Shown here: one piece after another, positions 13,130-26,192 of the stretch
Layout: the number at the start of each line of letters is the position of its first letter
Position numbering within the stretch: position 1 is the stretch's first letter
Assembly (NCBI GenBank): GCA_016748015.1
Contig: JAAOMT010000723.1
Location: 1 to 64,000 of the forward strand
From: Geosiphon pyriformis uo1
Taxonomy: Eukaryota > Fungi > Glomeromycota
Length of the DNA stretch: 64,000 nucleotides
Direction: 5' to 3'
Translations under genes and position numbers: made by a program
Notes under the pieces: model-generated
The model's input: the letters and a program-made list of their open reading frames with translations, nothing else
Database searches by the model: none
Told to the model about the DNA's origin: nothing

Positions 13130-16100
13130 TTTTTGAAAAATTAAATAATTTTTTATCAAATGATAGTGTAATGCTCAAATCATTAATTTTATTATTGAAT
13201 CTTAGTTTTAATATGCATTCACTGTAAGTTTGATTTTAACATATTGAAATTTAAATAATTGAATTGTATAAATTGAACTTTTAGACTTACTGTCACTCGC
13301 TTGAAATTTTTTCTGAATTCATTTTGTTTTATTCATCAAGTGTTTTAATTGTTGCATTTGAAGAATCTAGATTTTTCCAGCAGATAATCTTGTAAAAAAT
13401 ACATGTGTATTAACTATTTATTTAACTGTGAATGTTTTAAATATTGAGAAAACTCAATATTATGTATTTGTAAATATGATATCAGATTTGTTTACATTTT
13501 GTAAACCACCAAAACAGAGCATATAAACCTATTCTTACTACACATTTGAGATAGTAGTTTTTTTGTAACAGAAAATTTAACAAATATCTTAGTAGTAGAT
13601 AATTTAAAAATAAAAATATTTTATTTTAGATTATTATTAATAATTAAACATTTAACAATTCATGTTAACAAATAATAAAAGTTTTATGAAAGCTATTATT
13701 GAAAAAAATACAGATATTGATAAAATATTTATATTTATATTAATTTTACTAGTTAAAAGAGCATATCAAAATTAAAATTAATTTTATTATTTAAAACTTT
13801 ATGATGTATTAATCTTTGTTAAAAAAATAAGTTATTTTAATGTTGTTTAAATATAATAATAAATATAAAATTTTTTATTAAAAAAAAAATGAAATTTATT
13901 TTTAAAGTTCAAAAAGTAATAATATGTGTAAATTTATTTTATGATTTAATTAATAGTTTATAATAAATTTTATATTGCCTTTTTTTACAATTATTATATA
14001 ATATAAATTTTAATTTTATGGTATTGTTTTGAATATAATAAAACAAAATATTGTTTTAAGAATTTTTATATATTTGTTTGTATTCAATCTGTAAATAAAT
14101 TCTAGTATATTTTAGTTTCTATGCATATTATAAAATTGTTATTAAAATATTTTGACTAAAAAAGCTATTAACTCTTATTATTTTTCATAAATATATAATT
14201 AAAAACTTCTTAATAAAAATAGCCTAATAATTTTTTGTTATTTAATTATAACAATATTATTATTTTAGGAATAATATTTAAACTGTAATAAATAATTTTT
14301 TGAACAAATTATTTTAAACAGAAGCTATTATATTACCATTTTATAATTACAATAATTCAAAAACCAATAAACCAATAATTTAAACTTAAGTACAATTTTT
14401 AATATTTAAATAAAATTTATTAATTGATTAATTTTGGTTTTAATAAAATAATAAAATTTTATAGACTCTTTCTCTTTATTATTTTCATGACTATCACTAG
14501 AGCAAAAAGTAAAAAAATTGCAAATATTACTTCTTCTATAATAATTAGTAACGTTTTTAACACAAGAGACTGTTTTTGTTGTAGAAGCAGCTAAGCAAAA
14601 CATTTTAGAAACATTTTCTTTAAATATTAATAATACAAAGCTATTTTTTGTAACTTCTAAAGCATTTTTTCTTTCTTTGGCTGGTAGTTCTTTTTCGGTC
14701 AAAAATTTTTTCAAAAGACAAATCAGAGTTAATTCCAGTGTAACTTTTTTTTAATAGATCCTTATTTTCTTCTTGAATAATTTAGCTTTTAAAATCTTGA
14801 AAATTTTGAAGATGTATATACATAACGGATTTAGAAAAGCTCCAAGTTTAATTTAATAATATTTCAAAAAGATAAATTTAAGATATTTTGAATAATATTT
14901 AAATATCTAAAAGTGATTGCAATATTAATCGGACCATATCCAATATCTTTTTAATCCACATATTGACATTTAATGACTACTTATAACGTAACATGGTATA
15001 AATACACAACAAAATGTAATATGATTTAAAAAAAATATTTTTTGGTTAAAAATAACCATTTTTTCAAACATCATTTTCAATTCTAAAAATCTAAGTAATA
15101 ATAAGTAAGAAATTAAGGACTTTCAAAATAACTATTATCATAATTTCCAACTAATGGATATTAATAAGAAAAATTGTTTGTTAACATTTTTGCAATTTTA
15201 TTTATTTTAACCGCGATTTCAACTTTCCACGTTTTTTTATTTTTTGATATTATAACTGATAACAAAGTAATTTTTTTTGATTACAAATTTTGCTTTAATA
15301 TTAAAGTGTTAATGTTTCAAAGTTATATCAACATTTTTTTTCTTTATTATATTATACGAATACTGGACTTTATTTAAAATTAAAACCTGATTGAATTTAT
15401 AAAGAAATAATAAGTTAAACAAACATTTTATTCCAATGTATTATTATTATTATTAAGAGACTTTCAATTATTATATAATAATTTTATATTTTTTTTTATT
15501 TATTTAATTGTATTTATCTCAATTTTCAGAATGAAAGCAATCTAAAAATTTTTTTAAATCTGGTGAAAATCTAAATTCATGTTCCTTGCTTAAAATTGAA
15601 GTAAGTTGAAATAATTTAATAATTAAAATGCTTTCGCTTGTATGAAATTTTCTTTTATTATAAGAATTATTGAGTATTAATTTGTTGACATCTCTGGTGC
15701 TAAAGCATACAAATTATGGCTAAAACTATTCACATAGAGTTTTTATTTTTTTTTAAAAATTCACTTCATTCAATTGTTTTTAAAAAAAATCATCAAATCA
15801 ATAAGTTAAAACAACAATTTTATTAATTCATACCATTTCGAAAAATTCACAATAACATTATTAATCATTATTAATTTGAGAATATATAACTATTTTTTGT
15901 TACTTCAAACTTTAATTTAGAATATACTAAAATATATTTATTATCTTTAACACTTATAAAAAAATTGCAGTTGAATACTTCAATAAAAAAAATTATCTAA
16001 TGATTCACTTTCAAAATGTGTTTATATCCGGTTTAAATCTCTTAATTAAAAAATAATATAAAAAGGTAGATAATATTTTTAGAGCTAAAAATATTATTAT

Positions 16101-16179
16101 TCATTTGTTTCAAAGAATTTTATAGTTAAATATCAATTAAAATAATTCAATACAATTATTAAAATAAATACAAAGTGCT

Positions 16180-18557
16180 TACCAATTGGGTAAATCTATC
16201 TTCATTTAAATAACTACTAAGATAATACTAATCTGAAAAAAAGCATTTAAATCAAAAAATGTTTTTTAGATATCAAATAATAATAAATAGAAGGCTTTAT
16301 CCATTAATTAGCTCATATATCTTGTTGTATCTCAAGTAGTATCTTGTATATCTTTGAAATTAAGTTTTTTTCACAGACAAATTTGTTTAAATTGCAATTA
16401 TTGCAAGCAGTAATAACTTTTTGTTGAAGTTTTTTTGCAGTATCATGACAATATGGATTCTGATTCTAATTTTTTTCAATCATTTTCTGAATACATTAAG
16501 ACATATGTTTCTCGATTATGGGGCACTTTCTCTGAACTATGTCTATTTAAATGTACATATAACTTTTAACATTATTTTATAGTCTTTCTTCTGAGATAAT
16601 TTCCCAGGAAATGATAACACAACTATAAATATTGCTGTATTTGATATGAGATAACAAGTTATAAACTTCAGACACTGAGTATTCAATAATGCCAAAAATC
16701 TCATTAGACTATATAAAATAATTGGCAGAACAACAAAATTCTAGGTTAGCAATGACCACTTTTATAAAATTTAATTTCAAAACAAAAATATTGCTAGGAT
16801 ACATGTCTCTATACACTAGTTCTGAATTATGCATAAACCTTAGGCCACTAACAATTTGAAAAAGAATACAAAAAATTATTTTTCAAGTAAAGATATCTTG
16901 GTTTACTTTGAGAAAAACTCTAAGATTTTCATGTTTTACAAATAACAAAACCATAATGAATTCATTAGTCATAATATCTTTGGTTATTTTATAGCATTCA
17001 AAGATATATTTCAAGAGACATTTCTAAGATGCATAATTAACTATTCAATATATTGCTTGGTATTAAAAAAAAAATGAGTATAACAAAAATCACATAGATA
17101 TTTAAAAAAAATATCTCATTTGTATGTTTTGGCTGTCTTTAAAACAACTTTCATAATCTCATTTCATTCATGCTTTTGATTTTTCTAATCCAAAAATAAA
17201 ATTCTGTCTCTTATTTATCTATTTACTTTAACAGCACCAAATTTTTCTTCTCTTATCTTATTTAAAATTTAATCTGATTGGAAAAAATTCATTCTAAGCA
17301 GCTTTTGCAGCTTTCTGAAATTTTCTGTGTATGATATATATACTAATCAATATTACTATTTTTACTATTATATGTGTTCTAATTTAATAAAAATTATGAA
17401 TATTTACAAATTTTACAAAGTAAATCTTTTAATCTGTTGTAGTATTCTAAACATTATAACAAGTGGTTAGAGATATTATCACAAAATAGACATTCTAGCA
17501 AGTCTTTAAAGATATTGTGATTATCTATTTTATTAAAAAATTTACTAATAATTATATCCAAGTTTCTATATTTAAGACATTTGAATTGATCTAAAAGCTG
17601 ATAAAAAAAAGCTTCAAAATTTATTTATTTTTCTTTGAAATTAACAGTTCATTTTAACTCTCAATTTGAAATTATAAAATTAAATATTTTAGGTCATATT
17701 CATCTTTATTTTTAAAAGTGAAGAGATTAAAGATGTTTAAATCAGGAAAACTATTTTGATAACTTGAGTTATTTGTTTCTGCTTTCAAATTAATTTCAAA
17801 TGCTTTTTAAAGATTTTTAATTGTTTTCCATCTATTTTGATAGCACCATCTAAGATTATATAGTGCAGTTGCATTTCTTTGTTCTGCTGTTTTTAAATAG
17901 AATTCAAATGTCTTTTTCAGATTTTTTGTAATTGTCTATTTTTTTTGATAATGCATTCCAAAATTGCTTTGTGAACTGAGATTTTTTACTTTTTCAAGAT
18001 CTTTTGTTGTTTTTGATTTACTATAAAAATGGTATTGTATAATTAAATTTTCTGCTTCTGCTGCTTTTGAATAGAGTTCAAATGCTTTTTTCTTATTTTT
18101 TCTCGTTTTTTTTACTTATAATAACAAAATCCAAGAGTGTATTATATATCTAAATGTCCTGTTTTTGATGCTTTTAAATATAGCTCAAATGCTTTTTTTT
18201 TGATTTTGTAAAGTACCAATTCCATAATTATAATAGCATTCTAAGAAAAATTGTCCAAAAAAATTTTTTGTATTTACTGTTTTTTGGAATTTTAAAAATG
18301 CTTTTGTTCAATTAAAAATAGTTCTAATTCCATGTTCTAAAGAAAGCTGAGCAAATGCTTTAAACTTTTATTATTTAAGTAATTGAATAAGTCTTTAGGT
18401 TTTTTTTGATTCTGCTCAAGATATATTTTCATCAAGTTGGCAACTTTTAAATATTTGCTAGCTGGGAAAATGGCCAAATTTTCTTCGATAACAATTAATA
18501 TGTCTTTAAGCCAGTCAAAAATTAAGGTTTATTTTCAATTTATGAAATTGAAGACAT
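16180..18557 (-). pseudogene. Sel1-repeat + kinase gene, copy 2 (heavily decayed, no Tc1 insertion)
   Basis: Collinear with copy 1 from the ATG at 18557 (MSSIS...ENLAIFPASKYLKVA) through the Sel1 repeats. Kinase part reads KYIFECYKITKDIMTNEFIMV, LVYRDMYPSNIFV, FGIIEYSVSE, IYSCVIISWEII. Confidence 0.9.
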
Positions 18558-21500
18558 GATTTGAATATTTTGTATGGGTAAAGAAGATTATTAAAGAGTT
18601 CTTTTTTGCTAATAAATAAGAATTTCAATCTATAATCAAAAACTGATCCCAACATTTTAACAATGCCTCTGGAAAAAATATTAGAAGTCAGTGCTCGAAA
18701 GACACCTAATAGTGTTTGAAAACTTTCAAAAATGACATAAAAATACTTATTAGATTAATTTTTTTTTAATTTTAAGTAAAATATCAAACAAACATACCTT
18801 ATTTTAATCCAAAACCTATACTTTTTAATAAACTCTAATATCTGTTTAATTTCACAACTGTCACGATTTAAAACATGTATTTGTTGACTATGTATATATA
18901 CAAAGTATAGCTTAAAACTTTTACTTAGCCAATTATCTTTTAGAATAAAATTATGCAAGATTTTTTAATTTAGAGTGATTAGATATTAAAAGAAAAATAT
19001 GAGTATTTATTTGTTTTTTAATTATAACAACTAAGTATATAATTATTATTATTAAGCATAAAAAAAACATGCCAAACGTATAGAAGTCTCAGAATTCAAG
19101 CAATAATTTACCTATCTTGAAATTAGTTGTTTTAATTTTTTGCAAATATTAAGAACTTTTCTTATTTTTTTTTTGTTTAAATTTAACTGATCCATTCTGT
19201 TTTTTTGATATTTTTTTAACATTTCCATAAGAACTCACTAATTAGAAAATAAAAGATTAAATTAAAAAATTCAAAGACAAAAGAATCAAAAAACTTAAAT
19301 AAAAGTAATAACATATTTAAATTACTTTATATTCCTTCATGTTCATAACAGAATTATGGGACTGACTTTCTTATACAAGTTTTTTTAACAGCATAGTTCT
19401 GTGTTTTTGTAAAGCTACTTTTCTTATCTACTTTGATAAATTTATTTATTAGTATTTATTTATTTAGTAGAATCTTTCCAATGTTTAATACCAGCAGAAA
19501 CATGTGATAAGTATTTATAAGAATTTATCAGTTCTGTTTTTTTAGGAGCTCTAGGACAAGAATTCAGATTTTTTGTAGTATTTGTGTATGTGTGTATATG
19601 TAAATAATTAAAGAAATCAAATTATGAATTAATATAAATTAAAAAACATTAAATTTAATTGTTTAATGATCATTTGGTTTTTTCTCTAATAAATTTTGTA
19701 TTATTTACATGCTTATATATTAATAACTTTATGACATTCCAGTAGTAGTTTGGATAATAGTAAGTTGTTTCAAAGAAAAATATCAAAAAATCATATGCTT
19801 TATCAGCAATAATAAACCAATTTGTATGATATTATTAATGTGGCAAACATTATCAAAATTGACAGATTTTCTAATTAAATATAATAAACTAAAAATAATA
19901 AAATTTAAAATAATAGGGAGATAAATAAATTGTATTGAATTTCTTGTATGACATAATGTTCAAATATTAAATTTCATTAAGCAGTAATTGATGCCTAGAA
20001 TTCGAATATTTTAGGTTGGAATCTCAACAAGATTCTTGCACTAATATAAAACATAAAAAATTAAAAGCTTAAGGTATAATACCTACAAGATAGCTAAAAA
20101 ATACAAAATCTTAAAAAATTGGATCAATAAAAAAACTTTACAATAGAAGATATTTTAATTATTGATTTGCTGCTTTAGATTTTTGGTAACAGATTAATGA
20201 AAAAGATGATAAAAAGCTTTGATTTCTAAAAAAAATTTTCTCAGAGTCAGCTTTCATACTCTCAAGAATTAAGCACTAAATAATAATGAATATATAAGCA
20301 TAAAAGTAACTGATATACTTTTCTTTAATTCCAAAAAATCAAAACATCTTTCTCAAATTGCTTTAACTGAACAAAATTTTAAACCAATTTGTGTTAATTT
20401 TAATTAGAAATTTTAAATATATATTCGAATTAATATTGAAATATTACTATTTTAAAGCTCCTTGTATTTTAGCAATTATACTTTAGCAATTTTTTTATAA
20501 TTTATTCAATAAATTTATGTATTTTTTGAATAATTAAAAGTTTTCTGATGTTAGTGTTATAGTTGGCAAAATGCTCAATATTATGCTTATTCACAAATTT
20601 TTGCAGCAAGATCATTATATTTTGCTACTGTATTCTCTAATAATTGGAAAAAAATACTATTTCTTTTTATTAAACCTAATATTTTCTAATATTTTTGAGA
20701 TAACTCAGATAAAAATTTTATTTGCTTTAAAGCATTTTGGCTATTATAAATTCATATATTTAATTTCTTATATTTATATATAAAACAAAATTTTTTTTAA
20801 TGAATACAAAATATTTATTATTTTTGAATTGCTTGTATATGAAGTTTTTCAAAAAATAATGAAAAATTGGTTATGTTTAATTCAATTGATTGGGTTATAA
20901 ATTTTCCAAAGATATTTTGAAAATTTCACTAACAGAATTTTATATAGCCTGCTGCTTTAGACCACAAAATGAAATTGAAAACCATTATTAAATTCGAATA
21001 AAAACTTATGAATTATTTTATAAAATACATTTTAGTGAAATGATATTAGAAATATAACTTGTAAATATATATGTTTTTCTGCTAAATAATACTGAATATT
21101 TCAGTGTTTTAGTTTTTTATTAGAGATAAAAAATATACATGTACTTTGAACGAATATTTAATAAAAAAACTCTGAAAATAATAAAATTTTTCAACCAATA
21201 TAGATAACCTTAGATTTAAGACACTAACTCTTTTATACAATAGATTTTTTTTAATTAATATCTTTAAAAATTGAATTATTATTAATAAATTCAAAATACC
21301 AAATTTTGTTTTCTTTTTTATTTTATTTAAAAATAAAAAACTTTTTTTTATTTACTTTAATTAAGATTTATAAATTTAAATAAAAAATTAATACTACTTT
21401 ATATTTTTTATTCTTTTCTTCAGAATTTTATTTTGCATTTTATAAAATAAATTTTTTAATTCATATTTAACTGATTAAAGTTTTCAATACTAGAAGTTTA

Positions 21501-23224
21501 TTCAAAGTATTTTTAATTAAAACAATCCATTTACTATTTATTACAACAGTATATTTAAACAGAAAAGATTTTCAATTTTAATGATCATATTAAAATATTT
21601 CTTATGTTTTTTTATATTTTATATTTTGAACTATATAAAAAAAAAAAGTTTTGATTCTACTAAAAACTAGTGTTGTATAATAATAGTATGACCAATTTTT
21701 GCTAAGAATTTATATTCTTTGTTAACAAATATCAATTAAATCTTTGAAGTTAAGATAAATATTTTAATCTGGTATTAGTTTCTAATATTCTATTTTATTT
21801 GGACAACTAAAATTACATTTAAAAATTGATGCAATATTTCATAAATTCTATAATACATAAATTGAAATAAAAATTTTTATTACTTTATTCTTTATTAGAA
21901 ATAAGTTAAAATAATTTATTTTTAAATATTAAGAATATATTTATGTGATAATAGATTATGGACCATAAATTTTTAAATATTATTGTTTATTTTTTAACAT
22001 CACTATCAAGAATTATTTTATTAGAATTTAATTTTTTATTAAATATAAGCATCAAAAAATATATAGTTATATTTTTTGAGAAATTTTAATATAAACATTT
22101 TATAAATTTTGTGAAATTTATTAGAAAAAATAAAAATATGCTGCAAAATTATGAATTATTTAGGTGATTGTCATAAACAAGCCCATAAAAACTATTGTGT
22201 TGCAAGCTTATCATATTTTTCTAAAAATATCATTTAGATTTTAAGAATGTATAATGAATAAATTTTGTGCTTATTTATTTATATTAACTAAAAAAAATAA
22301 TGCTTTTTACATCAAATTTAACATTTATGGGCGATATATTACTGATAATAACTAATATTTTAAAATCAATATACAATAAGTTTTATCATCTTTTATTATT
22401 GCTATTTATTTTAAATAAAACACATTATATTTTCTGTAAATTTATCATTTTGTTTACTAGTGCAAGATTGTATTGTTCATAATTTTTTAAAACAGTATCT
22501 TCTTAATAAGTGTCTTTCAAAAATAATGTAATGAAAGCTATAAATTTTTGGTTAAATAATCAGGATTGTGGAAATAATTCTATAATCTTAATAAAAAAAC
22601 TAATTTCTTAGCAATTGAATGTGAACTTGATTATTTAGGCTAAAATCTGCTTTAAAACAGTGGAATATATTCTTTAATAAACTTTAAAATAATGATAATA
22701 ATAAAATTTTCAGATTAGATGGATGAAAATAGAAAACTAAATGAATATAATTTTTTAAGACTCTCTTTTTAATTGATATTAGTATCTAGTTTTGGATATT
22801 AAAATAAATAGATTAGCACAAATTTTTGTTTTTAATATGTGCAAGAGATGTATAAATTTTCATATTCCTCATAATAGAAATAAATATAGTAAATATATCA
22901 TTTTTATTAAAAATAAATTTTTTTACTGATATTCTTAACAATATCTTATATTTCATAAAAATCTATTTTTCTTTGAAAAAAAATATTTATTTTATTTATA
23001 TACTATTTTTTTTGTCTATCAATCTTTTCAGAGTAAGTTTTATAATATAAAAAAGTCCACCAAATCTTTCTACTGTCTATGGTGAAACAAAAAATACTAA
23101 TAGAAATAGTCAAATAACTGATATTTATTCTTAATTTTTTAGACCAAATCCAAATAAGTATCAAAACTGTTTAATATTTTCTAACCTTTAGTCTAATAAT
23201 TTTTTTTATTTTAAATTAGAATCA

Positions 23225-23769
23225 AGTTTATAAATGCAATTTGTGCCAACATAATTACTAGTATAAAAACACGAATGGTTTACGAAGACATAAAGCTCAA
23301 AAGTATAAAGAACATAATAGTTCGCCTGTAAGTATATCATTTATCATTAGAGATTTTTGAATTTTTGGTTGGCAATTTAAGCAAAAATTATATCTGGTTT
23401 TTGAAGTTGTTATAAAAATAATAGAAGTGGAAAAGGATAGAAGAAATTTGTTCTAGTTTGTCATGAAACTGCATTTGTTCAAATATTTAGAAATTATATA
23501 ATAAGATATTCGAGCATTAATAGGTAGTATAGATGTGTTTTTAAAAGAATGGCAGGAAAAGAAAATTTAAATAAATGTTTGGGGTCAGAAGAATGGGCAT
23601 TAAATATTATAAAAATAATGAAGCTGTCTTTTCAGATATATGTAAACAATCAAAAGATAGAAGAGATATAGTATTTATGTGGAAGGAAATAAAAATTGTA
23701 GATAGTAGAAAAAACGAGACAATAAGTAATAAATTGACTGTTAATTATGTATATATTATTATTGTCTAA
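23225..23769 (+). pseudogene. C2H2 zinc-finger protein relic
   Basis: KCNLCQHNY*YKNTNGLRRHKAQKY at about 23232-23306, followed by a decayed domain (GIKYYKNNE...FMWKE). Confidence 0.5.
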
Positions 23770-23789
23770 AAAATAGTGTCATTAATTTG

Positions 23790-25837
23790 AGATGATCGAC
23801 AACCAGAGAAAATTTGTTAATAAATAAATTAGCAATAATGGGTACTTGGTGTTGTGAATGTAAAAACTTGGGTTTGAATTTGCTCAAAATCTTGCAAATA
23901 AAAAAGGCAGAATTTGTTTTTCTAATTCTTATTAAAATAATTGTGCATCATTACTTTGGAGTTGTTCTAAAAGTTATTCATGGCTTGCCAAAATTAGTGA
24001 TATAAAAAGAGGTACAGTCGCCTCCGAAATTAACACCTGAATTTATTCTTTATACAATTTTAAATGTTTATTTGATTTATTCTAAACCTAATTTATATAC
24101 ATATAACTTTTTATATATATATAATTAATAGTGTGTTGGCCCTCTATTTGCTTTCAATACTGCTTCAATTCTTTGTGGCATTAACAACCCGTTTCAAAAC
24201 TGACATATTATAACTTGAACATTCCTTCTTTAGAGCATTTTTAAGTTCCTCTATAGTTCTTGGAAAGTTTTCATGTTTTTGAATATTGTCCTTGATTATT
24301 TTCCACACATTTTTTATGGATTTAGATTAGGAGAACTGGCTGGCCAATCCAAAATCTCAATGGTTTTTCTTTGAACCATTTTTTTGTAATTCTAGCATTA
24401 TAAATAGGAGCATTGTCTTGTTGAAATATTAGATTTCTTGTTACTAAATCATGAGTAATAGTAAGAAATGGTAAAAAATTAGTTTCTATAATCTTAAGAT
24501 ATGTTTTTGCTGTAATCTTTTCCGTTTTTTTCTTGTATACATTACAAAATGTCAATGGACCTCTAAGTTCTCCAACAATCCCCAAGTCATTATTAATTGT
24601 CGACCACTATTGAAGCTAGGTGTTAAGCATTTAATATTATATCTTTCTTCTATATGATGCCATACTTTAACTTGTCGAGATTGTTTGCCAATTTTTATAC
24701 TGGTTTCATCTGAAAAAATTACCCATCTCCAAAAATAAAGGTCTTTATTTTGATATTTTTTGCATCAAAAAATGTGTGCCTTTGCTTGTTTTTCTGAAAT
24801 AAAAGACTTTTTTGCTGCAATATAATCTCAAATACCATGGTTATGAAGTACTTAATGGGCTGTTGTTAAACTGCAATTAAGCTTCAAATCATCAACAATC
24901 TCTTGTAGTGGTTTACATCATTCATTTTTAATTTTTTATAAGAGAGCACTTTTTGTTTAGTTATTGAGAGCTGGTGGGGCATCCAGATTGTAGTAAATTT
25001 TCGATTTTCCCAGTTTTTTGATACTTGTTAATGAAACGTCATATTGTTGTGGGATCATGCTCCATTTTTTTTGCAATTTGCTCAGCATTCATTTCTTCGA
25101 GATATGTGAGAATTTTTTTTTTATCTTCAGCAGTTAATAAAGAGCAAGTACAAGGCATATTTATTCCGATTTTTTTCACGTAATGTTTGAGTAGGTAATG
25201 GAGAAGTAAACAAATATATTTTGGCCCAAAAAAGTAATAACAAGGGGGTAAACGAAATGTATATGTTTGGATACTTTATTACACCAAAATCGGGCATTAA
25301 TTTCAGAGGCAACTGTACTTGGTGCCCATATTGTCGAAAAGAATCTGAAAGACTTGGTATTGGCTGTGTCAAAAAATTAACGTGTAATAAAAATAGAGAA
25401 TATCTATCTAATGCATATAATAATCTTAAAACACGTTTTCTTTGGAGATGTAATAAAGATCATGATTAGTATAGTACTTTTGCTAGTATAAAGTATTATA
25501 ATACATGGTGTCCCTCTTGTTCGAAATATAAAAAGAATTTTATGTAAAGAGATTGTATCAAAATATCTTGGACTGCCATCTAAGATACATTGACCTGATT
25601 TTCTTAAAACACCAGAATATCCTGCAGGATTAAAACTTAAAGTACAAGAAGAACAACACGAAAGATATATGTAGAATTTTTTCATAATAGTAATCCCGAT
25701 ATTTTATCAAAGAACAGGATCAACTCAAAAAAGAGTTGTGCGAAGAAAATTGGATTGTTTTAAGGTATGTTTGGTATTATGAAGACCCACATATAGTTAT
25801 TCCAAAACATCTTCGGGAATTGGGTCTTATTGAATAG
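23790..25837 (+). pseudogene. Zinc-ribbon-repeat protein with C-terminal Vsr/DUF559-like PD-(D/E)XK endonuclease, split by Tc1
   Basis: Repeated units C.S..Y.N....LLW.C.K.H.W......IK...TWCP.C (GTWCCEC, GTWCPYC, NTWCPSC). Then CKEIVSKYLGLPSKIH*PDFLKTPEYPAGLKL-KVQEEQHE...DQLKKELCEENWIVLRYVWYYEDPHIVIPKHLRELGLIE* (stop 25835-37). Confidence 0.8.
24015..25315 (-). mobile_element. Tc1/mariner transposon, near full length, decayed
   Basis: 26-bp TIRs (cagtcgcctccgaaattaacacctga; right TIR reverse-complemented cagttgcctctgaaattaatgcccga) and TA duplication at 24013-14 and 25316-17. Transposase 25158-24125 has FSDET, QQDNAPI and WPASSPNLNP motifs with stops and frameshifts. Confidence 0.95.
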
Positions 25838-25974
25838 AATTAAAACTTTAAATGCATTTTTTTGTGACTCACCGACTATAATTTTATTTATCCGGAATTA
25901 CACGAAAAATCGAATAAAAATTTCTCAGATACATATACTACATGTTAAAAATCAAAACAAAGTTATGTTTCTAT

Positions 25975-26087
25975 TAAAGATGTTAGCCGAAATAAAGTTA
26001 ATTTCAGTAACTATGAAAAACTATTTCAGCATTTCAAATTTGGGGACAATAATTTATTAAGAGATGCAATTTCAGCTAACATCTTTA
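25975..26087. mobile_element. 113-bp hAT-type MITE
   Basis: 19-bp TIRs taaagatgttagccgaaat / atttcagctaacatcttta (1 mismatch) flanked by a perfect 8-bp duplication GTTTCTAT (25967-74, 26088-95). Confidence 0.85.
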
Positions 26088-26109
26088 GTTTCTATACATA
26101 TGCCTGTGT

Positions 26110-26128
26110 CTGTCTCTTATACACATCT
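26110..26128 (+). other. Nextera/Tn5 mosaic-end adapter (library artefact)
   Basis: Exact 19-mer CTGTCTCTTATACACATCT. Confidence 0.95.
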
Positions 26129-26192
26129 TTGCAAAAAATTATATTTTTCCAAATGAGGATCATAGAAATTACATGATTAAAATATGACTTTC

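Noticed and set aside
12640-13227. Long ORFs of 139-195 aa
   Set aside because: Artefacts of reading through the N gap; the same applies to 56620-57057.
22140-22260. NSFYG on the minus strand as a family B DNA polymerase motif
   Set aside because: Isolated 5-aa match; no K-x3-N spacing or DTDS motif found nearby.
19000-22750. Scattered kinase-, MULE- and piggyBac-like fragments
   Set aside because: Too eroded to assign family or strand consistently by eye.
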